Assembly: GCA_964602485.1 (NCBI GenBank)
Contig: CAZRQU010000002.1
Span: forward strand, 67,566 to 131,565
Length of the DNA stretch: 64,000 nt
Source of the DNA: an uncultured Gammaproteobacteria bacterium
GTDB lineage: Bacteria > Patescibacteriota > Patescibacteriia > Patescibacteriales > WJLG01
Reading direction: 5' to 3'
Part shown: piece after piece, positions 60,133-64,000 of the stretch
Numbering within the stretch: position 1 is the first letter of the stretch
How the letters are laid out: every line of letters begins with the position of its first letter
The notes under the pieces: model-generated
What the model was told of the DNA's origin: nothing
The model's input: the letters and a program-made list of their open reading frames with translations, nothing else
Database searches by the model: none
Position numbers and translations under genes: made by a program

Positions 60133-61272
60133 TTATGCTAATGATTCGAATATTCGTAAATATTTCCGGGCCGTATCCCTCCAGTCGAACTTACTTGCTT
60201 GAACAAAGCCTTTTTCAGTTAGTCTTCTTCTAAGATTAGGGTCAGAGGCTAATTGCCGTATGGCTTGAGCTATGCTTTCCACATTTTCGGGGTCAACCAA
60301 TATTCCCGCCTCTCCTGTCGATTCAACCAAGCTGGAATTGGCGCCGACGATAACCGGAGTTCCGCAAGCCATAGCTTCCAATGGCGGAAAGCCAAATCCC
60401 TCATAAAAGCTCGGATAAATGAACATCGAGGCCAAATTATAAAAATAAACTTTTTCTTCTTCTTTTAAATAACCAATAAATCTTATCCTGTCCTTATGTT
60501 TCAATTCATTGTATACTTTGGTGACATTTTTATTTTTCCAACCGGAACCTCCGGCTACCACTAATATATACCCGGACATTTCCGGCATATCCAAACAGCG
60601 GTCAAAAGCGCGCAAAACGCCAACTACGTTCTTTCTGGGTTCAATAGTACTTAAAAAAAGTGCAAATTTGCCGGGCAGGTCATATTTTTCCCTGGTTTTC
60701 ATTAAGACTGGATCTCCTTTGTCTAGTTTTTTGAATTTATCATTCAATCCGGGATATACTACTTCTATTTTTTGGGGCGGTATTTCAACCAACTCTTCTA
60801 TATCTTTAGCTGTGTTATCGGAAACAGCCACAACCTTGTCCGCCCTTTTTAGCATTTTTTTAGTATTGAGCATCCGGTGCCAAAAATTCTTGCGAGAAGA
60901 AAAGAATTCCGGATATCGCAAAAAGGAAAGGTCATGTACTGTTAGGACGCTTTTGGCTTTTTTTGAAAGTGAAGTAAAATTAGTATGGGGAGAAAAAAAG
61001 ATATCCACCCCTAGAAGCTTATCTAATTTAGGGAAAGAAAATATTTTTTGCAGGATATAATTGAATATCTTGTTGGGATAATGAGTGCTTACGACTCTAC
61101 CCTTTTTAAAATTAGGTAACCTGTTCTTGATATTTTGATAAGAATTGTAATAAAAAATGTATTCATTCTTATCGTCTTCCTCTATTATATGTTTGATAAG
61201 GTCGAGCGTATACCAAGACACGCCTGAATACTCCTTGTCCATTAACGATCTTATATCTATACCTATTCTCAT
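60133..61272 (-). CDS. GT4-family glycosyltransferase
   Basis: 'EGFGFPPLEAMACGTPVI'. Confidence 0.85.
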   Translation of the reverse strand: MRIGIDIRSLMDKEYSGVSWYTLDLIKHIIEEDDKNEYIFYYNSYQNIKNRLPNFKKGRVVSTHYPNKIFNYILQKIFSFPKLDKLLGVDIFFSPHTNFTSLSKKAKSVLTVHDLSFLRYPEFFSSRKNFWHRMLNTKKMLKRADKVVAVSDNTAKDIEELVEIPPQKIEVVYPGLNDKFKKLDKGDPVLMKTREKYDLPGKFALFLSTIEPRKNVVGVLRAFDRCLDMPEMSGYILVVAGGSGWKNKNVTKVYNELKHKDRIRFIGYLKEEEKVYFYNLASMFIYPSFYEGFGFPPLEAMACGTPVIVGANSSLVESTGEAGILVDPENVESIAQAIRQLASDPNLRRRLTEKGFVQASKFDWRDTARKYLRIFESLA

Positions 61273-61288
61273 ATTACAGACCCTAAAT

Positions 61289-61322
61289 AAATCCCAAATT
61301 ACTAATTACCGATTACAAATTA
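61289..61322 (+). repeat. 34-bp direct repeat 'ATCCCAAATTACTAATTACCGATTACAAATTACC'; second copy at 61459..61492
   Basis: Both copies seen directly. They flank a 136-bp segment holding two GC-rich hairpins. Confidence 0.75.
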
Positions 61323-61458
61323 CCCAATATAGATCCTTCGTCTCCCGCTTTCGCGGGCTCCTTAAGGATGACAAGCCCGAAACCCTATACTGAATACCGA
61401 ATACTGTATTACATTGACCCTTCCTAGCCTCCCCTTGGTAAGGGGAGGAACTAATAAG

Positions 61459-61492
61459 ATCCCAAATTACTAATTACCGATTACAAATTACC
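61459..61492 (+). repeat. second copy of the 34-bp direct repeat
   Basis: Exact match to 61289..61322. Confidence 0.75.
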
Positions 61493-61498
61493 AATTAC

Positions 61499-62626
61499 TT
61501 AATATATGTGTTTTTCGTATTCGCTCTCTATAAAATTTTTCATTTTTTCTTGAAAATTCTCTGCGGAGAATTTAGAGGCGTGTTCGCTGATAGCTCTTCG
61601 ATCAAAGGCTTTTCGATCGAATCTGGAAACCACCCTGCCCAGACTTCCCGCGTCTTGTTTATCAAAGAAAAGACCGGTCTTATTCTCTATGACAGTTTCC
61701 GTAGCGCCTCCTTTGCGATAAGCGATCACCGGGGTTCCACAAGCCATGGCCTCTACAGCTGTTATACCGAAATCTTCTGTTTGAGGATACAAAAAGGCTC
61801 GCGCATTAACATAATAACGTTTCAGGTCCTCTTCACTTAGATGTCCTAAAAATTCTATATTAGGGGCTCCTTGAGCTATTTTTTCCAATCTTTTCCTGTC
61901 ATTACCTTGTCCGAATATCTTAAGATTCTTATCTGGCATATCTTTAAAGGCTTTAATAGCCATATCTACCCTTTTATACGGAGCCAAGCGACAGCCAATA
62001 AGGAAATATTCATCTTTTTCCAATTCTTCATCTAGACTAACTTCAAGATCATTGAATTTTTTAGTATTTACCGGCGGATATATGACAGTTGAATCCTTTT
62101 TATAGTATTTTTTTATTCTTTTTTGGACTGTTTTTGAATTGGCAATATAAACATCCACCCTATCAGCGGCCATTCTGTCCCATATCCTTATGTAGTTCAA
62201 GATCAACGAGATCACCTTTTTGAAATACTTATTGTATTTGAGTTCATTTATATATTCATGAGTATCGGACCATAGATATCTTGTTGGAGTATGACAATAA
62301 CATATATGCAGAGTTTCCGGCTTGGTTATAACCCCCTTTATCAAAGCGCTGGCTGAGGATACAACCACGTCGTATTTTGACAGATCAAAGAATTCCACGG
62401 CCATAGGCATAAAAGGCATATACCATTTATAATGTTTAACTCCGCCGGGCAAACGTTGAATGACCGAAGCGTCTATCTTGCGGCTCTTGTAATATTTATC
62501 CGCATTTTCCTTTTCATAAAGCAGAGTGTAGATAGGCGCTTTTGGATACATTTCCAAAAGTTGTCTGAGAACTTTCTCAGCTCCTCCGTCTTGAGCTAAA
62601 TGGTCGTGTGCCAATGCTACTTTCAT
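61499..62626 (-). CDS. GT4-family glycosyltransferase
   Basis: 'EDFGITAVEAMACGTPVIA'. Confidence 0.85.
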   Translation of the reverse strand: MKVALAHDHLAQDGGAEKVLRQLLEMYPKAPIYTLLYEKENADKYYKSRKIDASVIQRLPGGVKHYKWYMPFMPMAVEFFDLSKYDVVVSSASALIKGVITKPETLHICYCHTPTRYLWSDTHEYINELKYNKYFKKVISLILNYIRIWDRMAADRVDVYIANSKTVQKRIKKYYKKDSTVIYPPVNTKKFNDLEVSLDEELEKDEYFLIGCRLAPYKRVDMAIKAFKDMPDKNLKIFGQGNDRKRLEKIAQGAPNIEFLGHLSEEDLKRYYVNARAFLYPQTEDFGITAVEAMACGTPVIAYRKGGATETVIENKTGLFFDKQDAGSLGRVVSRFDRKAFDRRAISEHASKFSAENFQEKMKNFIESEYEKHIY

Positions 62627-62660
62627 AGTTTACAACCCGTTATATGATACTAAATATTTT

Positions 62661-64000
62661 TTATTCGGCCTTTCTGCTTCTAATAACAGCAAAAGGTGTT
62701 CTAAGAAGGATGGCCAGATCGAGCAAAAAAGACCAATTTTCTATATAATAAGTGTCTAATTTCACCTCTTCTTCGAAGGATAGATCGCTACGACCTGATA
62801 TTTGGGCCAATCCGGTAATACCCGGCTTTATGGTAAGCACCTTCTTATGGCGATGTTCATATTTTGCCACTTCCTCGGGGAGATGAGGACGCGGGCCGAC
62901 CAGACTCATCTTGCCGATAAAGACCAAAAAGAGTTCTGGCAATTCATCTATACTAAATCTTCTAATGATCTTGCCCACTCTGGTAACGCGGGGATCGTCC
63001 TTTATTTTTACCAACGGTCCGTCTTTACGCAAATTATTCTGAGAAAGCTCATTATAACGCATATCATCGCATTTATCTATCATCGATCTGAATTTGAAAT
63101 AATTGAAGAGTTTACCTCCCTGGCCAACCCTCTTTAAGGGTGAACCGTCATCCTTGCTGGTAAAGAAGATCGGGCCGTGCGAATCAAGCTTTATGGCTAT
63201 GGCAGTAATAAGCATTAAAGGAGATATCAAAATTATCAAGATAGACGAACCAATAACATCAAATATCCGTTTGACTATCCTGCCCCAGCCATCCAAAGAA
63301 GTCTTTTTCACCTCTACCACAGGAATGCCGGCCAACTCCATAACTTCGGTCTTTAAGACCTTAGTGCCTAATAGGTCGGCTACATATTTGAATGAAAGGT
63401 GGTGCTCATCGGCAAAATCGTAAAGGCGAAGTATTTCTTTCTTGCTTAGATTAGGATCTGATTGTATAACTTCGTCCACTTCTGAATTCTTAAGATACTG
63501 CTCGACTTCCTCGGAAGTCTCCATGGAAAAATCCTTAACCCTTTTAACTATCCTAAAACCGAAATTCCTATCAACAGAAAATTTGTTGACCAGGTTATCA
63601 GCGGTCTTGGAAGCACCGACCAAAACAGCTTTTCTTACACCTATGTCGTGAGTGAAAAGTAATCTTTGCACCCCCCTTATCAATGCTCTACCTATTGAAA
63701 CATAAACTATGGCCAAGATCCATCCGACCAGGACTATGAAGCGGGAATCAAAAAGTTCTCGCCTAATGAATATAAGTATCACGACTGCCATCAAACCCGT
63801 GGAGCAGGCTGATACCACTCTATAAACCTCTCTTATCAATTTACGAGCTGTTCTTATATTATAAAGACCGGCCAAAGCAAAGATCACCAGCCATAAGAAA
63901 CCCACTATGACCACAGCCTTAAAATACTGGTCAAAGGGCAATTCGAATATCACCGGCCTGATGTCCCGGGTGAATTCGGAAAAACGTATATAATAAGCGG
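62661..64000 (-). CDS. polyprenyl glycosylphosphotransferase (WbaP/CpsE-family bacterial sugar transferase), N-terminus outside the window
   Basis: '[21 protein letters not shown]'. The frame stays open past 64000. The track start at 63953 is a GTG. Confidence 0.8.
   Translation of the reverse strand, partial: AYYIRFSEFTRDIRPVIFELPFDQYFKAVVIVGFLWLVIFALAGLYNIRTARKLIREVYRVVSACSTGLMAVVILIFIRRELFDSRFIVLVGWILAIVYVSIGRALIRGVQRLLFTHDIGVRKAVLVGASKTADNLVNKFSVDRNFGFRIVKRVKDFSMETSEEVEQYLKNSEVDEVIQSDPNLSKKEILRLYDFADEHHLSFKYVADLLGTKVLKTEVMELAGIPVVEVKKTSLDGWGRIVKRIFDVIGSSILIILISPLMLITAIAIKLDSHGPIFFTSKDDGSPLKRVGQGGKLFNYFKFRSMIDKCDDMRYNELSQNNLRKDGPLVKIKDDPRVTRVGKIIRRFSIDELPELFLVFIGKMSLVGPRPHLPEEVAKYEHRHKKVLTIKPGITGLAQISGRSDLSFEEEVKLDTYYIENWSFLLDLAILLRTPFAVIRSRKAE

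Overview
This is a compact, low-GC bacterial chromosomal window, densely coded and mostly on the minus strand. Stop codons TAA, TAG and TGA all occur (TGA ends prmC), so it uses the standard code 11. Taxonomy is inference only: the gene content and the many domain fusions resemble a small-genome lineage such as the candidate phyla radiation (Patescibacteria).

Recognisable core genes:
- aminoacyl-tRNA synthetases serS, lysS and gltX
- greA
- rpmE, prfA and prmC
- rplY
- ftsQ-like, and ftsW/rodA-like
- gyrB
- a lower-glycolysis operon pgk, eno, gpmI, followed by a truncated gpmI paralog
- clpB preceded by a CIRCE element
- rpsB and tsf
- mnmA
- a RicT/PSP1 protein
- a histidine kinase and a response regulator with a methyltransferase between them
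- two glycan-synthesis clusters (GT2, GT4, a Wzx-like flippase, an O-antigen-ligase-like protein, a WbaP-like sugar transferase, an MraY/WecA-like protein)

Accessory or unusual content:
- a Xer-family tyrosine recombinase whose 5' end carries a 19-bp sequence repeated in inverted orientation 43.6 kb away, at the 3' end of gltX
- a membrane-anchored, zinc-ribbon Clp/Hsp100 ATPase with a degenerate first ATPase domain (D1), overlapping a small membrane gene
- an AT-rich island (about 42.3 to 45.6 kb) with dispersed 'CCTGACCCYAATTC' repeats, a paralogous lipoprotein pair that shares a conserved 5' cassette, a candidate small RNA and a gene remnant
- several GC-rich single-gene insertions
- several domain fusions (VanZ-QueH; TagA/WecG-NUDIX) and apparent pseudo-enzymes (iPGM-like, HtrA-like)

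No rRNA, tRNA or CRISPR array was found. All calls rest on reading motifs by eye in the supplied ORF translations and the DNA; no searches were run.
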